The notes below the pieces were generated by a model. That model saw only the letters and a program-made list of their open reading frames with translations. It was not told where the DNA came from and made no database searches. Shown piece after piece: positions 30,001 to 40,350 of a stretch of DNA of 47,960 nt; position 1 is the first letter of the stretch, and the number at the start of each line of letters is the position of its first letter. Where the stretch lies: sequence record SRR2962707_3138; one strand, 5' to 3'. A program made the position numbers and the translations under genes.

Positions 30001-32185
30001 TAGCGGAACTACCGTCTCCATTTACCGTCAAAGTTGGGGTTAGCCCTGATGGCAAATTGTCCACAGAATAATTTGATCCTGAAGTCAGTGTGCCACTTGG
30101 ATTAATAAACGTTTCGCCAATGACATTGAGAATCATGGATCCTTCAACCTGACCTGTGTTTGCACCAGTCTCGCTAAAGACTGTATTTGTCATATCAAAA
30201 GTCCTTACCAGATCGGTGCTTACACCAAGAATGAATAACTGAGTACCGTCAACACTTAGGGTAAGACCTTCTGGCGTGGTTTCAGTGATTGGAAACGAAA
30301 TTCCTGAATAAGAACCTGTGCTTAGGTCGAATCCTGTGGTGAGATGATATTGGTAGGCCCTGTCAGTACTTGATCCTACTACAATCAAACGTGTCCCATC
30401 CATATTGAATTCGAAAGACAACCCTGTTGTTTCCTGACCTCCTATTGACATTGATTGGGAGAATACCGCCGATGTAATGTCATAATTTGTAGAAAGGTTA
30501 TACTCATATACTGCATCATTGGAGTTTCCAATAAAAAATATCTTGCTTCCATCCCTATTGAAGGCAACATCACCAGGAGAAGCATCCTCTGTTCCCACAT
30601 AAAAGGAGTTTCCTGTATAAGAGGCAGTGCTAAGATCATATTCTGTGGTAAGTAGAAATTCGAAAATGGTATCGGTATCTGTACCACTCACGTACATTCG
30701 GGTTCCATAAATGTTAAATGCCACATCCGTTGGGGTTCCATCAAGAAATGATACATCAAGCGTGGTTCCTGTTGGCGTTGCTGTTGATACATCGTAGGCG
30801 TTGCTGACGGAGTACTCAATTATTTGATTGGATGTATTACCTACAACATACATACGCATACCATCAGGGCTGAACTCTAAGCCTACTGGTGCAGAGTCTT
30901 CTGTACTTATATCCAGGGTTGTACCTACAGAGGAAGTGGAAACGTCCACCGGCGCAGAATGCACTATTTCTGGTGCAAGGCTGTCATAAAAATCTATAGA
31001 AAGACCGCTTGAGGCTCCAATCGCATTAGCCACTAGCCCGGCATTATTGCCAGTAAAAGCAGAGTTGGTAAACGTAAACTGAAGCGCAACATCATTAGTA
31101 TTGTTATTGTTGATTGCTGATCCTGACATAGTAACAACTGCCGATGTACCATCAGCACTAACAGCTATGTTAGGAGTAAGACCACCGGGTAAATTGGTAA
31201 TGGTGTAATCTGTTGTTTGTGTCAAATTTGCTCCAGCACTGGTGAAAGTTTCGCCAGAAAGCGTAAGCAGTAAAGAGCCCTCAACCGATCCTTGATTATC
31301 TCCAGCCTCAATAAAAGCAGCTCCAGATAAGTCGTATCCATAGGCATTGTCATTTTGAGTACCAATCATGATCAACTTGGTGCCATCTGCACTCAGCGCA
31401 ATCCCTTCCGGGCTTGTATCATCAGGTGTTGTTTGAAAGTAAACACCAGAAAATGCAGCTGTAGTGATATCAAATTCTGTTGTCAGGTTGTATTGATAGA
31501 TTCTGTCTCCACCATTTCCAGTCACAAACATGCGATCACCATTTGCATTGAAGGCGAACCCTGAAGGGCCAGTTTCCTGAGCCGCTACACTAAATGAATT
31601 TCCTGAATAAGATGCTGTTGTAATGTCGAAGGCCGTAGATAAGGTATACTCATACACATTATCTGTACTATTGCCTAGCATAAACATGGTGAATCCATCA
31701 TTGCTAAATGCAATATCAGATGGGGTGCCATCTTCTGTAGTCACACTAAAACTATTACCCGAATAACCCGCTGTGCTTTGGTTAAAGGGTGCCATAAGGT
31801 ATTCGTAGACATTGTCGGTTGCTGTACCAACAATGAACATTTGAGTTCCATCGTTACTTAGTGCAATACCTGTACCTCCGCCCTCCTGGGCAGATATGGA
31901 GAGGGTATCTAAAATGGTAGCAGTTGAAACATCATAATCAGTAGACAGAGAGAATTCGTAAACGTTATCACTTCCATTTCCAATAACGTACATTCTGCTC
32001 CCAGTAAGGTTAAAGGCAACATCTGCGGGGTTTCCTTCTCCAGGGTTCAGACTAAAAGTTTCACCTAAAGTAGCGGTTCCAACCCTACCCGGACCTGAGT
32101 ACGTGAGACCAGCTTGACCATAAGAATAGAATGAAATGCAAACGAGTACGAATGCAATGCATGAGCGTAGTAATTTAGTTAACAT
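21038..32185 (-). CDS. Giant (3715 aa) T9SS-secreted repetitive surface protein: 8 x [5-blade beta-propeller + Ig-like], FN3-like, LRR, Ig-like, T9SS CTD
   Basis: Signal peptide ...SYG|Q; eight FxExxxNxGxVEGS modules about 380 aa apart; LRR (VDLSGNNLSGALP); CTD VYPNP...EGIYILRF. Confidence 0.9.
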   Translation of the reverse strand: MLTKLLRSCIAFVLVCISFYSYGQAGLTYSGPGRVGTATLGETFSLNPGEGNPADVAFNLTGSRMYVIGNGSDNVYEFSLSTDYDVSTATILDTLSISAQEGGGTGIALSNDGTQMFIVGTATDNVYEYLMAPFNQSTAGYSGNSFSVTTEDGTPSDIAFSNDGFTMFMLGNSTDNVYEYTLSTAFDITTASYSGNSFSVAAQETGPSGFAFNANGDRMFVTGNGGDRIYQYNLTTEFDITTAAFSGVYFQTTPDDTSPEGIALSADGTKLIMIGTQNDNAYGYDLSGAAFIEAGDNQGSVEGSLLLTLSGETFTSAGANLTQTTDYTITNLPGGLTPNIAVSADGTSAVVTMSGSAINNNNTNDVALQFTFTNSAFTGNNAGLVANAIGASSGLSIDFYDSLAPEIVHSAPVDVSTSSVGTTLDISTEDSAPVGLEFSPDGMRMYVVGNTSNQIIEYSVSNAYDVSTATPTGTTLDVSFLDGTPTDVAFNIYGTRMYVSGTDTDTIFEFLLTTEYDLSTASYTGNSFYVGTEDASPGDVAFNRDGSKIFFIGNSNDAVYEYNLSTNYDITSAVFSQSMSIGGQETTGLSFEFNMDGTRLIVVGSSTDRAYQYHLTTGFDLSTGSYSGISFPITETTPEGLTLSVDGTQLFILGVSTDLVRTFDMTNTVFSETGANTGQVEGSMILNVIGETFINPSGTLTSGSNYSVDNLPSGLTPTLTVNGDGSSATLTLTGTAIGNENTEDVADIQVTFNTSAFAGGTTAGLVTNAVGGTGGLAIDFNDNVAPEITYSVPSSVSSAVPGATLNISTEDTAPVGLVFSPDGLKMFAVGNTTNSVIEYSLSIAFDVTTATPTGATYDMTVLDGTPTDVAFNRTGSRMFVSGTEGDIIYEFYLSTEFDLSSAAYTGNSFFVGGEDAGLGDLAFNRDGTKLFTIGSANDAIFEYNLSIGYDITTAVFSQSFSIGAQEATGLAFEFNADGSRLFVVGSSNDRVFEYHLTTGFDVSTASYSGKSYSVSVESTPEALTLNADGTQFFITGVSSDFVRTFDMTKSAFRERAANDGIVEGSLIIGLAGEAFSNAGATMTSGSEYTVDNLPSGLTPTLTVNSDGLSATLTLSGTATNNDDLDDINDLQFTFTNAAFTGGHAAISVINAVGGSSNLVIDFTDNLLPEILHSAPGQVSTSIVGTTLNISAQDSAPVGLAFTPDGTKMYMVGNTGNNIIEYDLSVAYDVSTAVPSGATYNMTVLDGTPTDVAFNANGSRMYVIATDNDAIFTFHLATEYDLSTASYTGESFSVAAQDTGVGDLAFNNDGSKMFVIGSLNDGVYEYNLSTNYDITTSVFSQSFLIGAQETGPLAFEFNADGSRLFVVGSSNDRVFEYHLATGFDVSTASYSGMSFPITEATPEGLALSRDGTQLFITGVSSDLVRTFDMTGNVFRETAANDGTVEGSMVMRVIGENFLNPGGSINEGTDYTVDNLPAGFIPLVDVASDGLSATLSLVGTATSNDDLDDVNDVQITFTDLAFTGGTVASSVTNAVGGSSNLGIDFTDNLQPQILYSSPGLLSTATIGNNINISGEDTAPVGLVFSPDGLKMYAVGNTGNNIIEYDLSVSYDVSTALHSGVTYNMSVLDGTPTDVAFNSNGSRMYVSGTDSDNIYAFHLSTEYSLATASYTGEFLNIATEDTSPGDLHFNQDGSKLFFIGSTNDAVYEYDLSTNYDITTAVFSQSFSVATQDTNPLAMEFNRDGSRLFMVGSSTDRIYEYHLVNGFDLSTASYSGMSFPVSEATPEGLTMNRNGTQLFVTGVSSDLVQTYNLSISAFRETAANDGTVEGSMIIEIQSESFLNPGGSLFVGSNYTVDNIPAGLTPNVTVASDGLSATLTLTGAATNNDNLDDLTDVQMTFTDASFTGGTLASGVINAVGGTSGLAIDFADNLLPEVSFAMPIEVSTAAYDVGLNVSLEDAGPSGLTITPDGLKMFMTGNNTNNIVEYTLTVAFDVSTAAPTGAVYNMTVLDGTPTDVTFNANGSRMYVIGLVSDAIYTFALSTEYDISTAAYTGQTFSVAAEDTSPTDLEFNTDGSKLFMIGNNLDAVYEYNLGVNYDITTAVWSRSFSIVGQEGAGNAMAFNADGTKLLVTGSVTDRVFEYHLMTGFDLSTATYSGISFPLSFETSPEGLALSPDGTRLFITGSGTDSFHSYSLSSTAVRETSANDGTVEGSMIIRLQAESFSNPGGTLSNGTHYTVDNLPAGLTPNVVVSGDGSSGVLSFTGSATNNDNVDDVASIQMTFTDAAFTGGTLASGVTNAVGGSSNLAIDFVGNLSPEVAYSSPVNIATASLGAQFSVAADEASPSGIEFGADGFKMYITGNSGNDITEYDLIVAYDVSTASFSGVTYDVSTLDGTPTDILFNPSGSRMYVCGLDNDNIHEFVLSTEFDLSTASYTGKLLNVSSEDGQPGDFAFNQDGSRLFMAGSLNDSIYQYDLSINYDITTATFLSAFYIGAEENNVLGMEFNADGSRMFVLGSNTDRVIEYHLSTPFDVSTATYSGLSFFTGNEETLPEGMTLSPDGTQLFTIGVNSDVVTTYQMSRVVFRETGANNGTLEGAMIVDVVSEAFANPGGALADGVDYTVDNLPTGLTPLLSVAGDGLSAQLTFSGTALNNNDIDDLTNIQITYTNTAFTGGTPAASVLNAIGGTSNLEVNFSQNPTPEIVYSTYSDVSTAVVNTTFDASTEETNITGVVFNNDGSRMFITGSNDAVYQYDLTTNYDISSAVFNTSINVLDVVGNPNDLTFNPDGTRLFIVGQVSSTVFEYVLEIPFELSSASYSGNSFFVGGEDATVTGIHFSNNGQDLYTIGNVNNAVFHYSLIVPYDLTTASYTGNSFSVFSQSTDPNSIDFNVDGSQMIVDGIEVFVYDLSVNFDITTATYNGVLYDATAEESFTALAFLADNDTRLIIGGTFDGLLTSYDLTTQGNFVEAVANDGSVEGTMIARVIGDEFSNPSGTLTDATDYSIINMPAGLTPVLDVAPGGTTVRITFTGNASANNSADAVGDISITYANTAFVGGNAASVANATAGTSGVGIDFDDNVNVVAFAASNVTSSSFQANWTGGIDVQEYRIDISEQADFSTFFDGYQDFSVGLATNVVVSTADFGTDYYYRVRYTDNSSNVSTDSNVIMVTTTTDQGTLDDFAALTDIYNAMDGANWTVNTGWLSTRLQDWTLITLDANQRVTTVDLSGNNLSGALPDILLGLELLTDLNLNGNAIDGLGDISNLTALTNLDVSFNHLEFDDLEPIAPLAITTFTYSDQLSLQFNPEMDPNFLKDVRGETVRIVPHTDPYTISVTTGGANNQYAWLVDGNAISTDADYTLTNGTADITAINYDNMGQFSAQVTNTLLPNLTLFVDPENVFAVVDVGMTITDISDNPLADNISGYLLEAFRRQSGFDTLEIAENVVSTFTFSDVILGDYLCGIDPSNRDLFIPSYYGDVFEWDLADTIFLRSTADLVVKVTGVPTEPLNGEGTLDVLIEEDFDDDAGRLDARRRAAGRKCGLKKRRTGGRTGQDDDLFELIAYGETDENGEFQFGFLPEGIYRFFVEYPGIPLDESSFVQFEVGEQGVSDTDFKLTAFASEAGLEITIERVLGIILEYFKNLQVYPNPADDFVNIRYRHLKSKDVTGQLVDLSGNTLWSADLQNGFDGNLNIDVSGFEEGIYILRFYDRTSRDENVVSYRIIVNR
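22973..32115 (-). repeat. Eight diverged intragenic tandem modules, about 1.14-1.15 kb each
   Basis: EGS/EGA/EGT anchors near 31280, 30141, 28995, 27851, 26711, 25563, 24413 and 23273. Confidence 0.88.
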
Positions 32186-32285
32186 AGCAGTGTGAGTGTA
32201 GTGGGTGTAAAAAAAGCGTTGATGAAGTTACTTTTTTTTGATTCCAAATAATAGTGATTTCAAAAAAATAAGACAATCACCCTAA

Positions 32286-32307
32286 TATCTTGGATAATAC
32301 CAAGATA
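32286..32307. promoter_or_regulatory. Candidate operator palindrome upstream of the giant gene
   Basis: TATCTTGG-N6-CCAAGATA perfect 8-bp inverted repeat about 100 nt before the start. Confidence 0.45.
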
Positions 32308-32347
32308 ACATACGGGTAATAAGCCTATATAACTAACGCTTGACAAC

Positions 32348-32374
32348 AAAAAAACCCGACCTATTGGCCGGGTT
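32348..32374 (-). terminator. Rho-independent terminator
   Basis: Minus strand AACCCGGCC-aata-GGTCGGGTTTTTTT. Confidence 0.8.
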
Positions 32375-32418
32375 ATTTGCTAATTAGTGGTAGCAAATGG
32401 TGGATGTTGTGTGTTGAG

Positions 32419-32832
32419 TTATCTGGATTTTCCTTGAAAGCTAAGTTTTGCAAATTCTTTGACCAGCTCGATAGATTTTGAAGCGGACGCTCTCAATCCG
32501 GCAGGAGAAATATCAATCATATGCTCAATTTTATCCAAAATGACTTTTTGTCTTTCCAATGTTGATTGAATCTCCGTAATTATCGTTTCTTCTCCATTCT
32601 TCTTTTCCGTCTTCAACAAATTCTTTGTGTACTTGATATCTTCCTTCATCAGTGAAATCAAATCATGGATAGACTCTTTGGCATGAACAAAATTAGAACT
32701 CTCAACGGCACTTTCTAACTCATCCTGAGCTTTTTCAAATTCTTCAAAGCTGTATCTGTCTGCTCCAAAAACGGTGAAAGAAATGGCAGAAAAAAGGATT
32801 AAAAAAGCTGTTTTGATTTGTGGTAGTTTCAT
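32419..32832 (-). CDS. Hypothetical exported alpha-helical protein
   Basis: Signal peptide MKLPQIKTAFLILFSAISFTVFG; start moved to the ATG at 32832. Confidence 0.7.
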   Translation of the reverse strand: MKLPQIKTAFLILFSAISFTVFGADRYSFEEFEKAQDELESAVESSNFVHAKESIHDLISLMKEDIKYTKNLLKTEKKNGEETIITEIQSTLERQKVILDKIEHMIDISPAGLRASASKSIELVKEFAKLSFQGKSR

Positions 32833-33080
32833 TATTCGTACATTTTGAAATGTTTTTAAATGTACTTTTCTCCATATGAACTCCATTTGAGATTCGATAA
32901 AATAGCCATTCAAACCTGCTTTAACTGGCAATTCTTCGATGAATGATTTCAACCATAAGAACAATTCCAGATTTTATTAAAAACACGTAATTATTATACC
33001 TATAAGTACCTCATCCACAGCATAGTATAAACACTTAGCTATTGACTAATTAACCTACTGCATAATGCAAAAGGGGAATT

Positions 33081-33109
33081 AAAAAAGCCCGATCGAATGA
33101 CCGGGCTTT
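33081..33109 (-). terminator. Rho-independent terminator after icd
   Basis: Minus strand AAAGCCCGGTC-attc-GATCGGGCTTTTTT. Confidence 0.85.
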
Positions 33110-33131
33110 CATTGTTATGTTAAGGGTAACT

Positions 33132-35369
<2,238 letters not shown>

Positions 35370-36185
35370 TTAATAACTCTCTTTTTCGTTGGGGAAATTT
35401 TTGGATTTAATGTCAGAAACATAGTTTTCGAAGGCTTCTGTCATGATTTTGTTCAAATCTGCATATTGCCTAAGAAATCGTGGTTTAAAGTCTTGTGTGA
35501 TACCCAGCATATCATGAACAACCAATACTTGTCCATCGGTATCCGGACCTGCTCCTATGCCAATGGTTGGAATAGAAATGGATTCCGAAACCTCTTTCGC
35601 CAGGTTAGAAGGGATTTTTTCGAGTACAATCCCGAAACATCCTAACTCTTCGAGCAGCTTTGCATCCTCTTTTAGTTTTTGTGCCTCCTCCTCCTCTTTC
35701 GCTCGAACGGTATAGGTCCCGAATTTGTAAATAGATTGCGGTGTGAGACCTAAGTGTCCCATTACCGGAATACCAGCTGACAGCACTCTTGAGATACTTT
35801 CCTTGATTTCAACTCCTCCTTCCATTTTAACCGCATGTCCGCCTGATTCTTTCATGATCCGAATACAGGACCGAAGTGCTTCCGAGGAATTACCCTGATA
35901 GCTCCCAAAAGGCACATCCACTACTACTAATGCACGATTCACCGCCTTTACCACGGAGGTAGCATGCCATATCATATGATCAAGTGTAATTGGTAATGTG
36001 GTTTCATTACCTGCCATTACGTTAGAGGCACTATCGCCAACCAAAATGATGTCTATACCTGCCTGGTCAATGATTTTTGCCATGGAGTAGTCATATGCTG
36101 TCAACATGGCTATTTTTTCACCATTCGCCTTCATTTCCTGAAGTTGGTGCGTGGTGACTAGTTTAATTTTTCCGTGTATACTCAT
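35370..36185 (-). CDS. panB: 3-methyl-2-oxobutanoate hydroxymethyltransferase
   Basis: [39 protein letters not shown]. Confidence 0.97.
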   Translation of the reverse strand: MSIHGKIKLVTTHQLQEMKANGEKIAMLTAYDYSMAKIIDQAGIDIILVGDSASNVMAGNETTLPITLDHMIWHATSVVKAVNRALVVVDVPFGSYQGNSSEALRSCIRIMKESGGHAVKMEGGVEIKESISRVLSAGIPVMGHLGLTPQSIYKFGTYTVRAKEEEEAQKLKEDAKLLEELGCFGIVLEKIPSNLAKEVSESISIPTIGIGAGPDTDGQVLVVHDMLGITQDFKPRFLRQYADLNKIMTEAFENYVSDIKSKNFPNEKESY

Positions 36186-36279
36186 GGCTCAAAATGGATG
36201 CGCAATTTAATCAATGAAGGGAGGACTTTAAAATCAACCAGGCGACTCTAATGTTGATTACATATAGAAATTCTGCCAA

Positions 36280-36834
36280 TTATTTCCACTTAATGCTGCA
36301 GCCTACACTTGGATATTGAGGATCCGGAATCGGCTCATCCTCAAGGTGATTTTCTATGGCTTCCACCAGGTTATCTCCAGTGACTGGCTCAGGATTACCA
36401 GGTGTGCTGGCATCAAACCTTCCGCGATAGATGCATTTCAAATCTTCATCAAATAGATAAAAATCAGGGGTACAGGCTGCCTGGTAGGCTTTGGCTACTT
36501 CCTGATCTTCATCATAGAGGTAGGGAAAAGTGAAATCCAGCTCCTCTGCCTGCTTCCTAAGACCTTCCGGATGATCTTCAGGGTATTCTTCAGGATCATT
36601 TGAAGAGATTGCCACAAAACCAATTTTCGCATTGGCATACTGTGCGGCAATGACTGCTATTTCCTCTTCAATGTTTTGAACATAGGGGCAATGGGCACAA
36701 ATAAACATCACAACCAAACCATATTCCTGTCGAACATCCTCCAAAGTGACCTGCTTTCCTGACACAACGTCAAGTAGATCAAAGTCCGGAGCGACCGTTC
36801 CCAGGGGCATCATGTTGGATTCTGCTGCTGGCAT
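36280..36834 (-). CDS. Thioredoxin/AhpC-like redoxin family protein
   Basis: APDFDL, FICAHCPYV, FPYLYDEDQEVAKAY, ACTPDF, PSVGCSIKWK; start moved to the ATG at 36834. Confidence 0.9.
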   Translation of the reverse strand: MPAAESNMMPLGTVAPDFDLLDVVSGKQVTLEDVRQEYGLVVMFICAHCPYVQNIEEEIAVIAAQYANAKIGFVAISSNDPEEYPEDHPEGLRKQAEELDFTFPYLYDEDQEVAKAYQAACTPDFYLFDEDLKCIYRGRFDASTPGNPEPVTGDNLVEAIENHLEDEPIPDPQYPSVGCSIKWK

Positions 36835-36887
36835 ACCTTCGAATTGTTTATTTTTAAAATAATTCAAAAGATAGTACATAGATTGAT

Positions 36888-38429
36888 ATGAAAAAATTCC
36901 TCGCTGCACTATTAGTGCTATTTCTTTTCTCAGAAATTACCGCCCAAATAGCCTCGGCTCCTACCCGAACTCGTGGTGATGGTCCCTATGATTTTTTGAT
37001 CATCAGGGGTGCTACATTGATTAACGGGAATGGTGCACCACCAATCGGTCCGGTGGATATTGTGGTAGAAAAGAATAAAATCACCCGGGTGCAAGTGGTA
37101 GGTTATCCTGGAGTAGAGATCAATGAAGATCGCCGACCAAAAATGGAAGGGAATGGAATGGAGATTGATGCAGAAGGGATGTATGTACTCCCTGGTTTTG
37201 TTGATATGCATGGCCATATTGGAGGTAGCAGTCAGGGTACTCCCTCAGAGTATGTCTTTAAATTGTGGATGGCACACGGCATCACCACCATTCGCGATCC
37301 TTCTGCTGGAAACGGTCTTGAGTGGGTCTTGAGACATAAGGAAAGAAGTGCCAACAATGAAATCACAGCGCCCCGAATTCTGGCCTACACTTCGTTCGGT
37401 CAAAATCTGACCGATCTTAAAGTAAAGAAAAACTTATCCGGGGAACGTAATGTCTCAGGCGAGAAACTACAAGGGCCAATTACCAATGCGGATGAAGCAC
37501 GGTCATGGGTTCAGGCTAACTACCGACGTGGTGCAGATGGTATTAAATTCTTTGGTGCTTCACCAGAAGTGATGGATGCCGCACTAAGAGAAAATAAAAA
37601 ATTGGGTTTACGATCTGCTTGTCACCATGCTCAATTAAATGTGGCATGGTGGAATGTAGTCAATTCCGCTGAAGCAGGATTGACCTCCATGGAACATTGG
37701 TATGGACTTCCTGAAGCATTATTTGAAGACAGAATCGTTCAGGACTATCCGTTGGATTATAACTATCAGAATGAACAACACCGTTTCGGAGAAGCAGGAA
37801 AATTGTGGAAGCAGGCAGCTAAGCCTTATTCTGACAAATGGAACGAGGTGATGAATCATCTGTTGGAGCTTGATTTTACCCTCGATCCAACATTCAATAT
37901 CTATGAAGCTAGTCGTGACTTGATGCGGGCAAGGAATGCTGATTGGCACAAAGATTACACCCTCCCATCGCTCTGGGAATTTTATCAACCCAGCAAGGTT
38001 TCGCATGGTTCATACTGGCATTTCTGGGGCACTGAAGAAGAAGTTTCCTGGAAGGAGAATTATCGACTGTGGATGACCTTTGTGAATGAATACAAAAATC
38101 GAGGTGGTCGCGTAACTACAGGCTCAGATTCCGGGTTCATCTTTCAATTGTATGGTTTTGCATACATCCGGGAACTGGAATTGCTGAGGGAGGCAGGCTT
38201 TCATCCATTAGAAGTGATTCGCTCTGCCACCTTAATGGGCGCCCAGGCATTGGGAATGGATGATCAAATAGGAACCATTGAAGTAGGCAAGCTGGCGGAT
38301 ATGGTGATCATTAAGGATGGAATCGTTTACGATGCGAAAGAGCTATTGAAGGATGTTCGTGAAATGGTGAAAGAGGCAAAAAATGGTGATGAACTAAAAC
38401 AACCTGGGTATCCTAACTGGGAAGACTGA
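36888..38429 (+). CDS. Exported metal-dependent amidohydrolase family protein
   Basis: Signal peptide ...ITA|Q; LPGFVDMHGH, GITTIRD, MEH, GSDSG, IGTIEVGKLAD. Confidence 0.9.
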   Translation: MKKFLAALLVLFLFSEITAQIASAPTRTRGDGPYDFLIIRGATLINGNGAPPIGPVDIVVEKNKITRVQVVGYPGVEINEDRRPKMEGNGMEIDAEGMYVLPGFVDMHGHIGGSSQGTPSEYVFKLWMAHGITTIRDPSAGNGLEWVLRHKERSANNEITAPRILAYTSFGQNLTDLKVKKNLSGERNVSGEKLQGPITNADEARSWVQANYRRGADGIKFFGASPEVMDAALRENKKLGLRSACHHAQLNVAWWNVVNSAEAGLTSMEHWYGLPEALFEDRIVQDYPLDYNYQNEQHRFGEAGKLWKQAAKPYSDKWNEVMNHLLELDFTLDPTFNIYEASRDLMRARNADWHKDYTLPSLWEFYQPSKVSHGSYWHFWGTEEEVSWKENYRLWMTFVNEYKNRGGRVTTGSDSGFIFQLYGFAYIRELELLREAGFHPLEVIRSATLMGAQALGMDDQIGTIEVGKLADMVIIKDGIVYDAKELLKDVREMVKEAKNGDELKQPGYPNWED

Positions 38430-38430
38430 T

Positions 38431-39399
38431 ATGAACAAAATCACCGTATTATTAATTGCTATCCTTTTTTCCTGTCAACCTCAAAATAGAAGTGAGGTAA
38501 GTAACAGCAATCAAAGTGAAGAGGTCGTAAAAGATCCCAATAAGATCTACAGCTTCATGGACCAGGAACTTCCGCCAAAAACACTTACCACTGTGCAACT
38601 GAGCGTTTATGAACCTAATCTTACCAAAGCCAAACAGGATTTAGATGTCAATCCGGATAGTCTGGATCTGATTATTTGGTATGGCAGAAGGCTTGGATAC
38701 ATGGGACAATACCTGAAAGCCATTGATATTTATTCCGATGCGCTGGCAAAGTATCCTTCTTCATTCCGATTGAGACGGCATAGAGGACATAGGTACATTA
38801 CCACCAGGCAGCTTGATAAGGCCATTAAGGATTTTGAAATGGCTGCTTACTACAGTGTAAATGCTGAAAATGCCATAGAGCCTGATGGCCTTCCAAACAA
38901 GCTCAATAAACCGCTTGGAAATGATAAATTCAATATCTGGTATCACTTTGGTTTATCCTATTATTTAAGTGGGCGATTTGATAAGGCTTTGTCTTCTTAT
39001 AATAAGTGCATGGAGTATAGCGACAATAGCGATTTATTGGTAGCAACAACATATTGGCAATACCTCACTTATAAAAAGCTCGGGAATAATGAATTAGCTC
39101 AAAAGCTACTTGATCCGATTAATGCTAAGATGGCCATGATAGAAAATGATGCTTATTTAGATCTTCTGCTTCTATATAAGGGTGAAAAAGAAGTAGATGA
39201 CTTACTTAAAAAGGCCACTAACGAGAATGACCAACTTGATCCTACACGCGGGTATGGTATTGGAAGCTATTTCCAACATCAGGGTCGATTTGCAAAAGCC
39301 AACGAGATTTTCCTGACAATACTGGAGTCCCCCAACTGGGATGCCTTTGGCTACATTGCTGCTGAGGCAGAGCTGAAAACTATTTTTCCAGTGCCATGA
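38431..39399 (+). CDS. TPR-repeat lipoprotein
   Basis: Lipobox LFSC; TPR-like helices (WYGRRLGY, WYHFGLSYYLSGRFDKA). Confidence 0.8.
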   Translation: MNKITVLLIAILFSCQPQNRSEVSNSNQSEEVVKDPNKIYSFMDQELPPKTLTTVQLSVYEPNLTKAKQDLDVNPDSLDLIIWYGRRLGYMGQYLKAIDIYSDALAKYPSSFRLRRHRGHRYITTRQLDKAIKDFEMAAYYSVNAENAIEPDGLPNKLNKPLGNDKFNIWYHFGLSYYLSGRFDKALSSYNKCMEYSDNSDLLVATTYWQYLTYKKLGNNELAQKLLDPINAKMAMIENDAYLDLLLLYKGEKEVDDLLKKATNENDQLDPTRGYGIGSYFQHQGRFAKANEIFLTILESPNWDAFGYIAAEAELKTIFPVP

Positions 39400-40303
39400 T
39401 CTGATTTCTTAGCTGAATGGCCCGATCAGGGTAATCGGTTATGATTCCGTCTACTCCGGCGTTCAGCATCTTGATCATATCTTCACGTTCGTTCACAGGA
39501 TAGGCATGTACCTCATATCCCTTCGCATGCATTTGGAAAACGCGACGAGGAGAAAGCGTTTCCCACTGAGGATTAATGGCCTTCATTCGGTTGCTTTCTT
39601 TGGCACGACCCATATGGATCCTTGTTTCAATGTAAAATGCTAACAGAGGAGCTGAGTCTTCACCTACAATCAATGCCTTGGTTTGGATATATGGATCAAG
39701 TTCATGCACCTCATCCAGGTATTTGGGCTCATATGATTGGAGGATAATCCAATCTTCACCATTTTCTTCTGCCAATACCACTTCTACCAGCTTCTCAGCA
39801 AAGTCGTGATAATGCGGATGATCCATGTGCTTGATTTCAATGAGTACAGTTACCTGGCCATCTATGTAATCCAGCACTTCTTTTAAGGTAGGAATTCGCT
39901 CATTTTTATATTGTGAGTCAAACCATGAGCCTACGTCAAATTGTTTAATCTCCTCCAATGTGTAATCATGAACATCTCCTGTAATCGGATTGCCAAGGGT
40001 GTCCCTGGCGATTCGATCCAGTTGCTGATCATGAAAAACCACGATCTGCTCGTCAGCTGTATGTCTGACGTCCAGTTCGATTTGATCCACACCAAGTTCT
40101 AATGCTCTTTTGAAAGATGCCATGGTGTTCTCTGGTGCCAATCCGGAAGCTCCTTTGTGAGCAATTACCTGAAATTCCTTGCCTGCTAATCTGCCAACAT
40201 CAGTGCTTGCAAAGACATTGCGGTAGAGATAGGGTTCAAACAACGAGAGTGCTCCAAATAACAGGAAGAACGGAGTTGAATAGAGTAAAAATTTTTTGGT
40301 CAT
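39380..40303 (-). CDS. Glycerophosphodiester phosphodiesterase family protein
   Basis: IAHKGASGLAPENT, IELDV, HD, IPTLKEVL, IEIK, GVDGIITDYP. Confidence 0.93.
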   Translation of the reverse strand: MTKKFLLYSTPFFLLFGALSLFEPYLYRNVFASTDVGRLAGKEFQVIAHKGASGLAPENTMASFKRALELGVDQIELDVRHTADEQIVVFHDQQLDRIARDTLGNPITGDVHDYTLEEIKQFDVGSWFDSQYKNERIPTLKEVLDYIDGQVTVLIEIKHMDHPHYHDFAEKLVEVVLAEENGEDWIILQSYEPKYLDEVHELDPYIQTKALIVGEDSAPLLAFYIETRIHMGRAKESNRMKAINPQWETLSPRRVFQMHAKGYEVHAYPVNEREDMIKMLNAGVDGIITDYPDRAIQLRNQIMALEK

Positions 40304-40350
40304 CAGGCGTGATTATTTTCCACGAAAAGTTACTAAAAATTCATTGAATA

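Noticed and set aside
21439-31564. Many short ORFs overlapping the giant gene
   Set aside because: They are antisense or off-frame shadows of a repetitive coding region, with no recognisable motifs.
32893-32943. TTCGATAAA / TTCGATGAA 42 bp apart as a regulator site
   Set aside because: Only two short imperfect copies with no middle copy, which could be chance in AT-rich DNA.
17886-33109. Similar AA(G/A)CCCG...CGGG(C/T)TT hairpins as a REP family
   Set aside because: Each lies right after a gene end with a U tract and a different loop, so they are ordinary intrinsic terminators.
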